Below are positions 10,548-19,727 of a DNA stretch of 64,000 nucleotides, piece after piece; within the stretch, counting starts at the first letter, position 1, and each line of letters starts with the position of its first letter. Position numbers and translations under genes: made by a program. The notes beneath the pieces were generated by a model. That model did no database searches, had not been told where the DNA came from, and saw only the letters and a list, made by a program, of their open reading frames with translations. This DNA comes from Polyangiaceae bacterium (GTDB lineage: Bacteria; Myxococcota_A; Polyangia; Polyangiales; Polyangiaceae), in assembly GCA_044222475.1 (NCBI GenBank), contig JBGANF010000001.1, positions 64,001-128,000 of the forward strand. The letters run 5' to 3'.

Positions 10548-11753
10548 TCAGGCTTCGGCGCGAAGCTCGCGCTTCTTGCCGTTCGCCTTGGCGGTCTTGC
10601 CGCCGAGGTCGCTGGCGATCTTCGCCGCGCGGTGGGTCTTCTCCCACGGGAACTCGCTGCGACCGAAGTGGCCGTACGCCGCCGTCGCCTTGTAGATCGG
10701 GGCGAGGAGACCGAGCTCGTCGATCAGCGCCTTGGGGCGCATGTCGAACTTGTCCATGATGTACTTCTCGAGCTTCTCGTCGCTGACGGAGCCGGTGCCG
10801 AACGTGTTGACGTGGACACCGACCGGCTGCGCGACGCCGATCGCGTACGCGATCTGCACTTCGCAACGCGACGCGATCTTCGACGCGACGACGTTCTTCG
10901 CGATGAAGCGCGCGTAGTAGCAGGCGCTGCGGTCGACCTTGGACGGGTCCTTGCCGCTGAACGCGCCGCCGCCGTGACGGCCCATGCCGCCGTACGAGTC
11001 GACGATGATCTTGCGACCGGTGAGGCCGCAGTCGCCCTGCGGGCCACCGATGACGAAGCGACCCGTCGGGTTGACGTGGTACTTCGTGTTCTTGTCGATG
11101 AGCTTCTTCGGGATCACCTTCTCGATGACGAGATCGACGATGGCTTCGCGGAGCGTCTTGTACTTCACGTCCGGCGAGTGCTGGGTCGAGACGACGATCG
11201 CGTCGACGCGGACCGGGGTCGTTCCGTCGTACTCGAGGGTGACCTGGGTCTTGCCGTCGGGGCGGAGGAAGTCGACCTTCTTGGACTTGCGGATCGCAGC
11301 GAGCTGACGCGCGAGCGAGTGCGCGTAGTCGATCGGCGCGGGCATGAGGTTCGGGGTCTCGTCGCAGGCGAAGCCGAACACGAGGCCCTGGTCGCCCGCG
11401 CCCTGCTCCTTGTGGAGGCCTTCACCCTCGGTGACGCCTTGCGAGATGTCCGGGCTCTGCTGCTCGATCGCCGTGAGGACCGCGCACGTCTCCGAGTCGA
11501 AGCCCATGTCCGAGCTCGTGTACCCGATGTCGCGAACGGCCTGACGGACGAGCTTCGGGTAGTCGACGATGGCGGTAGTGGTGATCTCGCCGGCGACGAC
11601 GACCATGCCGGTCTTCGCGAGCGACTCGCACGCGACGCGGGAGCGCTTGTCCTGGGTCAGGAGGGCATCGAGGATCGTGTCACTGACGGCATCGCACAGC
11701 TTGTCGGGGTGCCCTTCGGTGACGGATTCGGACGTGAAGCGATAACGGGACAT
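10548..11753 (-). CDS. metK: S-adenosylmethionine synthetase
   Basis: [37 protein letters not shown] at 11753 with upstream AGGAG. Confidence 0.98.
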   Translation of the reverse strand: MSRYRFTSESVTEGHPDKLCDAVSDTILDALLTQDKRSRVACESLAKTGMVVVAGEITTTAIVDYPKLVRQAVRDIGYTSSDMGFDSETCAVLTAIEQQSPDISQGVTEGEGLHKEQGAGDQGLVFGFACDETPNLMPAPIDYAHSLARQLAAIRKSKKVDFLRPDGKTQVTLEYDGTTPVRVDAIVVSTQHSPDVKYKTLREAIVDLVIEKVIPKKLIDKNTKYHVNPTGRFVIGGPQGDCGLTGRKIIVDSYGGMGRHGGGAFSGKDPSKVDRSACYYARFIAKNVVASKIASRCEVQIAYAIGVAQPVGVHVNTFGTGSVSDEKLEKYIMDKFDMRPKALIDELGLLAPIYKATAAYGHFGRSEFPWEKTHRAAKIASDLGGKTAKANGKKRELRAEA

Positions 11754-11887
11754 CAGATTCTCCTGGTCGATCAGACGCGAGACGTACACACCCGGAGGCG
11801 AAGGCCGACGACGGGTGCCCGCGAGGGTCGCGGACCTTAGCGCACCTTTACGCCCGTGGCTCGCGCAAAAAGACGGCTGAGAGGAGA

Positions 11888-11923
11888 GAACAGGAAGGGC
11901 GGAAGGACGGAAGGATTTGGGGG
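11888..11923. repeat. Solo copy of the GxxExxY-flanking repeat
   Basis: gaacaggaagggcggaaggacggaaggatttgggg versus gaacaggaagggcggaagcgcggaaggatttgggg at 21687-21721 (2 mismatches in 35 nt). Confidence 0.9.
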
Positions 11924-11935
11924 ATTTGCGAGCTG

Positions 11936-12838
11936 TCAGCGTTTTTTGCGCTCGCTCTTGGGCCGACGGATCAGCCCTCCCGTCGGCTTCGCCGGGGCCG
12001 AGGTCGGTTTTTCGCCTCCCGGTCCCACCGGGCCCGCCTTGCCGGCGATCGCGAGGCGCGTGTGCTCCTCGATGCGGTCGAGCAGCGTCACGTAGCTCGC
12101 GTTGACGAACTTCATGCGGGCGCTCTCGACGGGTGCGAAGACGTCTTCGCCCGCCACCCAGCGGTCGGCCGCGGTCGGGTCCGTCAAGAGGAGGAGGGTC
12201 GAGGCCGCGATGTCCACGACGCGGTACTCGAGCTTCGCCATGCGGAGCCCGGCGATCATGCCGATCCATGCAGTCTGCAAGTTTCGGTGTTGGATCGGGT
12301 TGAGCTCCACCATCGTGTCGCCGCGCTCCTCGGTGAACACGCGGATGCAGAGCGACACGTCGACGGAGTTGAACGCGCGGCACGGCCCCGGGCGCACCGT
12401 GTGGATCGTGCAGCTCTGCTTTTCGACGTCGAGGAACGCGCACGGGTTGCCCTTGTGCGCACCTGCGAGCCCGCGCGCCTCGTTGCGCTCGACCGCGGCG
12501 CGGAGCACGGGGAGGAGCGCCTCGATCTCCGCTGGTGTTCGCGTCGAGCGGATGTGGTCCGCGACCCAGAGCGCCTCCGGTCCGCACACCGGAACGGATT
12601 GGTAGCAGCAGTGCGCGCACCCTTCGGCGCACACCGGCATCGCGACCTTGAAGGGGTTGTCCTTCTGGAGCAGCCGCTCGACCGCGACGTCCGCGCGGTG
12701 GTGGTGCATCTCCGCGAGCTCGATCGCGCGTTGGGGCGTGAGCCCCATCTTGATGACCTCGAGGGTCGTCCGCGCTCCGGCCACGCCGAATTGGGTGTGA
12801 GCCTCGGGCTTGAGCTCCTTCGCTTCGAGTTTCTTCAT
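11936..12838 (-). CDS. YkgJ family Cys-cluster (Zn/Fe-S) protein
   Basis: [27 protein letters not shown]. Confidence 0.85.
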   Translation of the reverse strand: MKKLEAKELKPEAHTQFGVAGARTTLEVIKMGLTPQRAIELAEMHHHRADVAVERLLQKDNPFKVAMPVCAEGCAHCCYQSVPVCGPEALWVADHIRSTRTPAEIEALLPVLRAAVERNEARGLAGAHKGNPCAFLDVEKQSCTIHTVRPGPCRAFNSVDVSLCIRVFTEERGDTMVELNPIQHRNLQTAWIGMIAGLRMAKLEYRVVDIAASTLLLLTDPTAADRWVAGEDVFAPVESARMKFVNASYVTLLDRIEEHTRLAIAGKAGPVGPGGEKPTSAPAKPTGGLIRRPKSERKKR

Positions 12839-12842
12839 CGCG

Positions 12843-13694
12843 TCACTTGGGCCGGTCCGAGATCTTCACGCGAACGCTCGGGCGATGGGGGAGCTCGATC
12901 TCTTCGCCCGGTGCCGCGCCGATCGCGATCGTGGCGGCGGGTTGGAACGACAGCGCAACCCCGGGCCCGCCGACGAGCTCCAGGAAGCGCGCCCGGATCT
13001 TCTGCACCTTCGTCTCGCCCAGGGCCACGAGCTCGGGGTACCAGCGCAACGCCGGCACCATCGCATCGACGAACTCGTCGGTCGTGGTGAAGACCTGGGT
13101 GTGACGGATGATGGTGTGGCGCACCATCACGAGCCCAGCGGACTCGAACAGGTGCCCAAGCGACGAGCGGTCGACGGTTGCGTCACCGTGCGCCTTCACC
13201 CGAAGCTCGACGGCGTGCTCGGCCACGGCGTCGAGGTAGAGCTCGTACGGATCGTCTTCGGCCGCCGGTCCCCACGCCATGAGACCGATCTTCCCGTGGT
13301 GGGCCAGCGCGTCGCGCCACGCCTCGAGCGCGCCGCGCTCGTCGTCCATCGAGAGCGACGAGAACGCGCTGGCGATGATCGAGAACGGCGCTCCGCTGGT
13401 CTCCGTCATCGGCGCGGGCTCGAACGTGGCCCGCCCCGCGACGCCAGCGTCCTTCAGGCGCTTGTGTACCGACTCGCTCCAGGTGGCGTCGGGATCGGTC
13501 GCGCGAACGTGACCGGACTCGCCGACGGCGCGCGCGAACGCGATCGCGTCGGTGCCGGGGCCGCAGCCGGGGACGAGCACCTTGTCGCCCTCTTTCGCCC
13601 CGAGCTGCTCGACGAAATCGCGGTGATACGGGAGAAACCGCGGGAGAAAGCTCTCGAGGTAACTCGGCGCGGTTCGGTTCCAGGGCATCCCCAT
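12843..13694 (-). CDS. Class I SAM-dependent methyltransferase
   Basis: GDKVLVPGCGPG motif I, VGESGHVRATD; start placed at MGMPWN. Confidence 0.8.
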   Translation of the reverse strand: MGMPWNRTAPSYLESFLPRFLPYHRDFVEQLGAKEGDKVLVPGCGPGTDAIAFARAVGESGHVRATDPDATWSESVHKRLKDAGVAGRATFEPAPMTETSGAPFSIIASAFSSLSMDDERGALEAWRDALAHHGKIGLMAWGPAAEDDPYELYLDAVAEHAVELRVKAHGDATVDRSSLGHLFESAGLVMVRHTIIRHTQVFTTTDEFVDAMVPALRWYPELVALGETKVQKIRARFLELVGGPGVALSFQPAATIAIGAAPGEEIELPHRPSVRVKISDRPK

Positions 13695-13725
13695 CGCGGA
13701 GGGATCATACGATATCCTCCGGCTC

Positions 13726-14523
13726 GTGGAGAGGATCGCGTCACGCCTGTCGATCGCGCTCGTCGCGCTGGCGGCGGCGTCGCTCGTCGGCGCCCGAGCG
13801 GCGGCGGACGAAGGGGCGGCGTGCCCCTTCCCTGCGTCCGACGCCAAGGAGCTCGCCGGGCGCGACCTCGTCCGTGCGGCGCGCACCAAACTCCAGAGCT
13901 GCGTGGCCGCGTGCACCGGCGAAGAGCACGCGATGTGCCGTGCCGCGCTCGACGCGCTCCACGTGCCGACGATCGTCGTCACCGTCGCCGACTCCACCGA
14001 GGCGCGCGCGCCTCGGAGCGACGTCCGCGTCGTCGTCGACGGCGAGGAGGCGAAGCCGAACGTCCCCATCGAGGTCGATCCCGGGCCGCACCTCGTACAG
14101 GTGCAAGGTGCACGCATCGGGGCGGAGCAGAGGATCGTCGTCGGCGGAGGCGCGCGCGATCTCGCGGTGACGTTCGAGACGCCGAAGAACGCGGTCGAGG
14201 TCGAGGCCGAGCAAGGCGGACCCGGCGCGTGGCCTTGGGTCTTCATCGGCACCGGGTTCGTCGGCATCACGATGGGCATGATCCTCGCGGCGGTCGCCCA
14301 GATGAAGCCGGTGCGGGACCCGGATACGGACCGATTCGAGCCCGACGAAACCCTGCGCGCCGCCGGAGTCACGTCGGTGATCCTCGGCATCGGCTTCGTC
14401 GGAGGCGGGATCATCTGGCACTTCCTGGAGAAGAAGCCGGTCGCCGCGAAGCCCACGCGAACCGCGATCGCCCCGTGGATCGGGGCCGGCTCGTTCGGCC
14501 TCGCGATGGAGCGCGTGTTCTAG
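13726..14523 (+). CDS. Hypothetical exported protein with PEGA-like domain and C-terminal membrane segments
   Basis: Signal peptide, VRVVVDG...IEVDPGPHLVQV, two hydrophobic segments, C-terminal Phe. Confidence 0.6.
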   Translation: MERIASRLSIALVALAAASLVGARAAADEGAACPFPASDAKELAGRDLVRAARTKLQSCVAACTGEEHAMCRAALDALHVPTIVVTVADSTEARAPRSDVRVVVDGEEAKPNVPIEVDPGPHLVQVQGARIGAEQRIVVGGGARDLAVTFETPKNAVEVEAEQGGPGAWPWVFIGTGFVGITMGMILAAVAQMKPVRDPDTDRFEPDETLRAAGVTSVILGIGFVGGGIIWHFLEKKPVAAKPTRTAIAPWIGAGSFGLAMERVF

Positions 14524-14564
14524 GTCGAAATTTCGCGTTCGGGGAGCTAGTCTCCGGACCCGCC

Positions 14565-15665
14565 ATGACGGACCTCAAGCGCACGCCCCTCTACGAGCAA
14601 CACAAGAAGGCCGGCGGCCGCATCGTCCCCTTCGCCGGCTGGGAGATGCCTGTACAATACACAGGTATCACCGACGAGCACCAAGCGGTCCGCACCGCGG
14701 CCGGCCTCTTCGACGTGTCGCACATGGGCGAGCTCGAGATGTCCGGGCAGTACGCCGCCCAGGTCGTCGACTACCTCATCACCAACGACGCGTCGAAGCT
14801 CGCCGTCGGTCAGGCGCTCTACACGTGCGCCTGCAACGAGAAGGGCACCGTCCTCGACGATCTCATCGTCTACCGCGCGGGCGAGCAGTCGTTCCTCATC
14901 GTCTGCAACGCGTCCAACCACGAGAAGATGGCGGCCCACTTCAAGAAGGCGGCCGAGAACCACTGCGACTTCAAGGACAAGTCGAGCGAGACCGCGCTCC
15001 TCGCCCTCCAGGGCCCCAAGGCGTTCGACATCCTCGCCAAGTGCGGCGCCGACGCGGCGAAGCTCGTGGAGCTGAAGAGCTTCACCTTCCGCGACGTCGT
15101 CATCGCCAACGTGCGGTGCACCGCTGCGCGCACCGGCTACACCGGCGAAGACGGCGTCGAGATCTTCTGCGCCTGGAACGACGCACCGCAGCTCTGGGAG
15201 CAGCTCATGGAGCTCGGAGGCCCGCTCGGCCTCAAGCCGGCCGGCTTGGGCTGCCGCGACACGCTGCGCCTCGAAGCGCGCTTGTCCCTCTACGGGAACG
15301 ACATCGACGAGACGACGAACCCGCTCGAGGCCGGCCTCGGCTGGGTCGTGAAGCTCGGCAAGGGCGACTTCATCGGCAAGGCGGCGCTCGAGGCGATCAA
15401 GGCCAAGGGGCTCACGCGCAAGATCGTCGGCTTCGAGGTCACCGGCCGCGGGATCGCGCGCCACGGCTACCCGCTGCGCGATCTCGAGGGCAAAGAGGTC
15501 GGCATCTGCACCAGCGGAAGCCCCTGCCCCACCGTCGGCAAGAACCTCGGCCTCGGCTATCTACCGACCGGGATGACCGACGTCGGGACGAAGTTCCTCG
15601 TCGATTGCCGAGGCAAGAACATCGAAGCGGTCGTCGTGCCGACGCCGTTCTACAAGCGGAAGTGA
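14565..15665 (+). CDS. gcvT: Glycine cleavage system aminomethyltransferase T
   Basis: [49 protein letters not shown]. Confidence 0.97.
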   Translation: MTDLKRTPLYEQHKKAGGRIVPFAGWEMPVQYTGITDEHQAVRTAAGLFDVSHMGELEMSGQYAAQVVDYLITNDASKLAVGQALYTCACNEKGTVLDDLIVYRAGEQSFLIVCNASNHEKMAAHFKKAAENHCDFKDKSSETALLALQGPKAFDILAKCGADAAKLVELKSFTFRDVVIANVRCTAARTGYTGEDGVEIFCAWNDAPQLWEQLMELGGPLGLKPAGLGCRDTLRLEARLSLYGNDIDETTNPLEAGLGWVVKLGKGDFIGKAALEAIKAKGLTRKIVGFEVTGRGIARHGYPLRDLEGKEVGICTSGSPCPTVGKNLGLGYLPTGMTDVGTKFLVDCRGKNIEAVVVPTPFYKRK

Positions 15666-15681
15666 GAAGGAGCTGACAGCG

Positions 15682-16074
15682 ATGAGCGACATGACTTTCC
15701 CGGATGGCCTCTCGTACACCAAGGACCACGAGTGGGCGAAGGTGGAGGGGAACAAGATCACCGTGGGCATCACCGGCTTCGCCGTCGAGCAGCTCGGGGA
15801 CATCACCCTCGTGAACTTCGACGTGAAGGTCGGCGACACCGTGACCGAGGGCAAGGCCTTCGGAACGATCGAGAGCGTAAAGACGCTGAGCGATCTGTTC
15901 GCGCCGATCAGCGGCAAGGTCGTCGCGCTCAACGCCGACCTCGACAAGAAGCCCGAGCTCGTCAACGAGGACTGCTACGGGAAGGCCTGGATGGTCGTCA
16001 TCGAGGCTTCCGGCCCGATCTCTGGTTTGCTCGACCAGAAGGCCTACACGGCGCACGTCAAAGCGGCTGGCTGA
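15682..16074 (+). CDS. gcvH: Glycine cleavage system H protein
   Basis: YTKDHEW, LGDI, IESVKT lipoyl-Lys, LVNEDCYG.AW. Confidence 0.96.
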   Translation: MSDMTFPDGLSYTKDHEWAKVEGNKITVGITGFAVEQLGDITLVNFDVKVGDTVTEGKAFGTIESVKTLSDLFAPISGKVVALNADLDKKPELVNEDCYGKAWMVVIEASGPISGLLDQKAYTAHVKAAG

Positions 16075-16124
16075 CCCCCGCGCGTCATGTACACTGAACG
16101 GGATCTCATCCCTGGAGGTGTTCC

Positions 16125-17939
16125 TTGGTCTTTCGCCGTCCGCTCGTCGCCGTTTCCGCGCTCGGGGTAGGTTGCCTCGCGCTCGCCGCCTACGGGTGTG
16201 GCACCACGAACACGAGCTTCTTCACCGACGGGGGTGGCGGGGACGATGCTGGTAACGACGGCGTCGTCGACGACAGTCCGTTCCTCCCCCCTGTCGACTC
16301 GAGCTTCCCCGACGGCGGTGGCTGCGTCGCGAAGTGCTCGTCGGATCTCCACACCGTCCTCGACTGCAACGACAACCCGGTCACGACGTGCACCGGCCTC
16401 GACGGATGCGACCCGCAGACCGGGACGTGCGTCAACGCGTGCACCGCGGCGGTGAACAACAAGCAGTCGGTCGGCTGCGAGTACTACTCGACCTTCATGG
16501 ACATCAACGGCGGCGCGACGCGTTGCTTCGCGGCGTTCGTCGCGAACACGTGGAACTCGCCGGTGAAGATCAACGTCGAGTTCAACGGCGCCACGCTCCC
16601 GATCGCGAACTTCGCGCGCATCCCGCAGGGAACCGGCACCGCCATCACCTACACGGCGTACAACGCCCAGACCGGTCTCCCCCCGGGGCAGGTCGCGATC
16701 CTCTTCCTCGGCGGTCCCACCGGCAACGCGCCGGCCTGCCCGAGCAGCGCCGTCAGCGCCAGCGCGACCGGCTCGACCGCGATGCTGGCCGGCACCGGCA
16801 AGGGCAACTCGTTCCGCATCTCGACCGACGTTCCCGTCGTCGCGTACGAGATGAACCCGTACGGCGGCGGTAGCGTCGCCGTGACCGGTGCGTCGCTCCT
16901 CCTCCCCACGAGCGCGTGGGACACGAACTACATCGCCTCGACCGCGTCGCCGCAGACGGTGAGCCCGCCCTCGATCAACATCATCGCCTCGCAGGACAAC
17001 ACCCAGGTCACGCTGCTCCCGAAGGTCGCCGTGGTCGGCGGCGGCGGGATCCCGGGGGGCGCCGCGAACACGCAGATCAAGTTCACCCTCAACAAGGGCC
17101 AGCAGGCGCAGATCGAGCAACAGGCCGACTTGGTGGGTAGCGTCGTCCAGTCGAACGTGCCGGTCGGTCTCATGGCCGGCAACCCGTGCATGAACTCTCC
17201 CGCCGGCGTCATCTTCTGCGACCACGGCGAGCAGATGGTCCCGCCGGTGCGCGCGCTCGGCAACGAGTACGCCGCCGTCATGTACCGACCGCGTTCGAAC
17301 GAGCCGGCCATCTGGCGACTCATCGGCGCCGTCGATGGTACGACCCTCAGCTACTCGCCCAGCACGCCCACCGGCGCACCGACGACCCTCGCCCAAGGTC
17401 AGATGGTCGAGTTCGACACCGGCACGCCCTTCATCGTCAAGAGCCAGGACGACAAGCACCCGTTCCTGATGTTCGAGTACATGAGCGGCTCGAGCTGGAC
17501 GAAGCTCACCGACAAGAGCGGCCATGGCGATCCGGACTTCTCGGTCGTCGTTCCGCCGGCCCAGTACATGTCGAGCTACGTCTTCATGACGGACCCGACG
17601 TTCCCCGAGACGAACCTCGTCATCATCCGCAAGAAGGACGGCAAGGGGAACTTCCAAGACGTCGAGCTCGACTGCGCGGGCAAGCTCGCCGGGTGGACTG
17701 CGCTCGGCGCCGACTACGAGTGGACCCGCCGCGACCTCCAGACCGGCAACTTCCAGCCGGTGAACGGCTGCTCCAACGGTCGCCACGACATCAAGAGCGC
17801 GGCTCCGTTCGGCCTCGCCGTGTGGGGCTGGGGCACTCCGCTCACCAGCACGTTCACCGCGAACGTGTCCTACTCGTACCCGGGTGGGATGAACGTCCAG
17901 CCGATCAACAACGTCATCATCCCGCCGACGCCGAAATGA
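16125..17939 (+). CDS. IgGFc-binding-domain lipoprotein, paralog 1
   Basis: AYGC lipobox, SVGCEYY, ASLLLPTSAW, CDHGEQM, GDPDF, SYSYPGG. Confidence 0.8.
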   Translation: MVFRRPLVAVSALGVGCLALAAYGCGTTNTSFFTDGGGGDDAGNDGVVDDSPFLPPVDSSFPDGGGCVAKCSSDLHTVLDCNDNPVTTCTGLDGCDPQTGTCVNACTAAVNNKQSVGCEYYSTFMDINGGATRCFAAFVANTWNSPVKINVEFNGATLPIANFARIPQGTGTAITYTAYNAQTGLPPGQVAILFLGGPTGNAPACPSSAVSASATGSTAMLAGTGKGNSFRISTDVPVVAYEMNPYGGGSVAVTGASLLLPTSAWDTNYIASTASPQTVSPPSINIIASQDNTQVTLLPKVAVVGGGGIPGGAANTQIKFTLNKGQQAQIEQQADLVGSVVQSNVPVGLMAGNPCMNSPAGVIFCDHGEQMVPPVRALGNEYAAVMYRPRSNEPAIWRLIGAVDGTTLSYSPSTPTGAPTTLAQGQMVEFDTGTPFIVKSQDDKHPFLMFEYMSGSSWTKLTDKSGHGDPDFSVVVPPAQYMSSYVFMTDPTFPETNLVIIRKKDGKGNFQDVELDCAGKLAGWTALGADYEWTRRDLQTGNFQPVNGCSNGRHDIKSAAPFGLAVWGWGTPLTSTFTANVSYSYPGGMNVQPINNVIIPPTPK

Positions 17940-19720
17940 GGGCGCGTCTCCCGGCCCTCCTCGCCCTCGCGGTCCTCCCGCTCGCGGGGTTCGTCGGCTA
18001 CGGCTGCGGCACGCAGCCGGTGAGCTTCTTCACCGACGGCGGCGCGGACGGAAACCCGGACGACGCCCAAGTCGTCGACGACAGCCCGTTCCTCCCCCTC
18101 GACGACGGCGGCAGCGAGGCCTCGACGTGCGGCAGCAAGTGCTCGTCGGACCTGCACACCGTCCTCGACTGCAACGACAACCCGGTCACGACGTGCACCG
18201 GCACCGACGGGTGCGATCCCAAATCGGGGACGTGCATCAACGCGTGCGCCGCGGCGACGGCCAACAAGCAATCGGTCGGCTGCGACTACTACGCGACGTT
18301 CATGGAGATCTACGGCGGCGCGAGCCGATGCTTCGTGGCGTTCGTCGCGAACACCTGGAACTCGCCCGCCAAGATCAACGTCGAGCTCAACGGCGCGACG
18401 CTCCCGATCGCCAACTTCGCCCGCATCCCACAAGGGTCGGGCTCGGCGATCACGTACGCCGCGTACAACGCGCAGACCGGACTCCCCCCGGGCGAGGTCG
18501 CGATCCTCTTCCTCGGCGGCTCGACCGGGCCCTCTCCGGCCTGCCCGATCGCCAGCGCGACCGGCGCGACCGCGATGCTGGCGGGTACCGGAAAGGGAAA
18601 CTCGTTCCGCGTCACGACCGACGTGCCGGTCGTCGCGTACGAGATGAACCCGTACGGCGGTGGCAACGCCGCCGTGACCGGTGCGTCGCTCCTCTTGCCG
18701 GTGAGCGCGTGGGACACGAACTACATCGCATCGACCGCATCGCCCCAGACTGCTGCTCCGCCGTCGATCAACATCATCGCCGCCGAGGACAACACGCAGA
18801 TCACGCTGCTTCCGAAGGTCGCCGTCACCGGCGGCGGCGGAATCCCCGGGGGCGCGGCCAACACCCAGATCAAGTTCAGCCTCAACAAGGGGCAGCAAGC
18901 GCAGATCGTCCAGCAAGCGGATCTCGTCGGCAGCGTCGTCCAGTCGTCGGCCCCGATCGGCCTGATGGCCGGCAACCCCTGCATGAACATGCCGCAGGGC
19001 GTGACCTACTGCGATCACGGCGAGCAGATGGTGCCTCCGGTTCGTGCGCTCGGAAGCGAGTACGTGTCGGTGATGTACCGCCAGCGCGGCGGTGAGCCGG
19101 CGATCTGGCGCCTCGTCGGCGCCGTCGACGGGACGACGCTCTCGTACACGCCGAGCACGCCGGTCGGCGCGCCCTTGACGATCAACCAGGGCCAGATGGT
19201 CGAGTTCGACACGGCGACCCCGTTCGTCGTGAAGAGCCAGGACGACAAGCATCCGTTCCTCATGTTCGAGTACATGGCCGGCGCGAGCTACTCGAAGCTG
19301 TCGGCGCAGGGCACCGGCGATCCCGACTTCGCGGTCGTCGTGCCACCGCAGCAGTACATGTCGAGCTACGTCTTCATGACCGATCCGACGATGCCGGAGA
19401 CGAACCTCGTCATCGTCCGCAAGAAGGACGGCAAGGGCAACTTCCAGGACGTCACCCTCGACTGCGGTGGCAAGCTCACCGGATGGGCACCGGTCGGCGA
19501 CTACGAGTGGACGCGGCGCGACCTCTCGACCGGGAACTTCCAGTCGGTGAACGGCTGCTCGAACGGTCGCCACGACATCAAGAGCGCCGCGCCGTTCGGG
19601 CTCTGGATCTGGGGCTGGGGAACGCCGGCCACCGGCACCGGCTACGTGTCGTACGCGTACCCCGGTGGGATGAACGTCCAGCCGATCAACAACGTCATCA
19701 TTCCGCCGACGCCCAAGTGA
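17936..19720 (+). CDS. IgGFc-binding-domain lipoprotein, paralog 2
   Basis: ATG overlaps the previous TGA (ATGA); same motifs and identical C-terminus NVQPINNVIIPPTPK. Confidence 0.8.
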   Translation: MRARLPALLALAVLPLAGFVGYGCGTQPVSFFTDGGADGNPDDAQVVDDSPFLPLDDGGSEASTCGSKCSSDLHTVLDCNDNPVTTCTGTDGCDPKSGTCINACAAATANKQSVGCDYYATFMEIYGGASRCFVAFVANTWNSPAKINVELNGATLPIANFARIPQGSGSAITYAAYNAQTGLPPGEVAILFLGGSTGPSPACPIASATGATAMLAGTGKGNSFRVTTDVPVVAYEMNPYGGGNAAVTGASLLLPVSAWDTNYIASTASPQTAAPPSINIIAAEDNTQITLLPKVAVTGGGGIPGGAANTQIKFSLNKGQQAQIVQQADLVGSVVQSSAPIGLMAGNPCMNMPQGVTYCDHGEQMVPPVRALGSEYVSVMYRQRGGEPAIWRLVGAVDGTTLSYTPSTPVGAPLTINQGQMVEFDTATPFVVKSQDDKHPFLMFEYMAGASYSKLSAQGTGDPDFAVVVPPQQYMSSYVFMTDPTMPETNLVIVRKKDGKGNFQDVTLDCGGKLTGWAPVGDYEWTRRDLSTGNFQSVNGCSNGRHDIKSAAPFGLWIWGWGTPATGTGYVSYAYPGGMNVQPINNVIIPPTPK

Positions 19721-19727
19721 CGCGCAA

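Noticed and set aside
14524..14564. Glycine riboswitch upstream of gcvT
   Set aside because: The intergenic gap is only 41 nt and no aptamer motifs are visible.
12810..15665. Apparent large fusions in the ORF track (951-aa GcvT, 694-aa MetK, 943-aa kinase, 1731-aa vWA)
   Set aside because: The extensions are stop-free upstream frames overlapping other genes; the true starts are internal.
16125..19720. Paralog pair as a DGR template/variable repeat
   Set aside because: No reverse transcriptase is present, both copies are full ORFs, and the differences are not adenine-specific.
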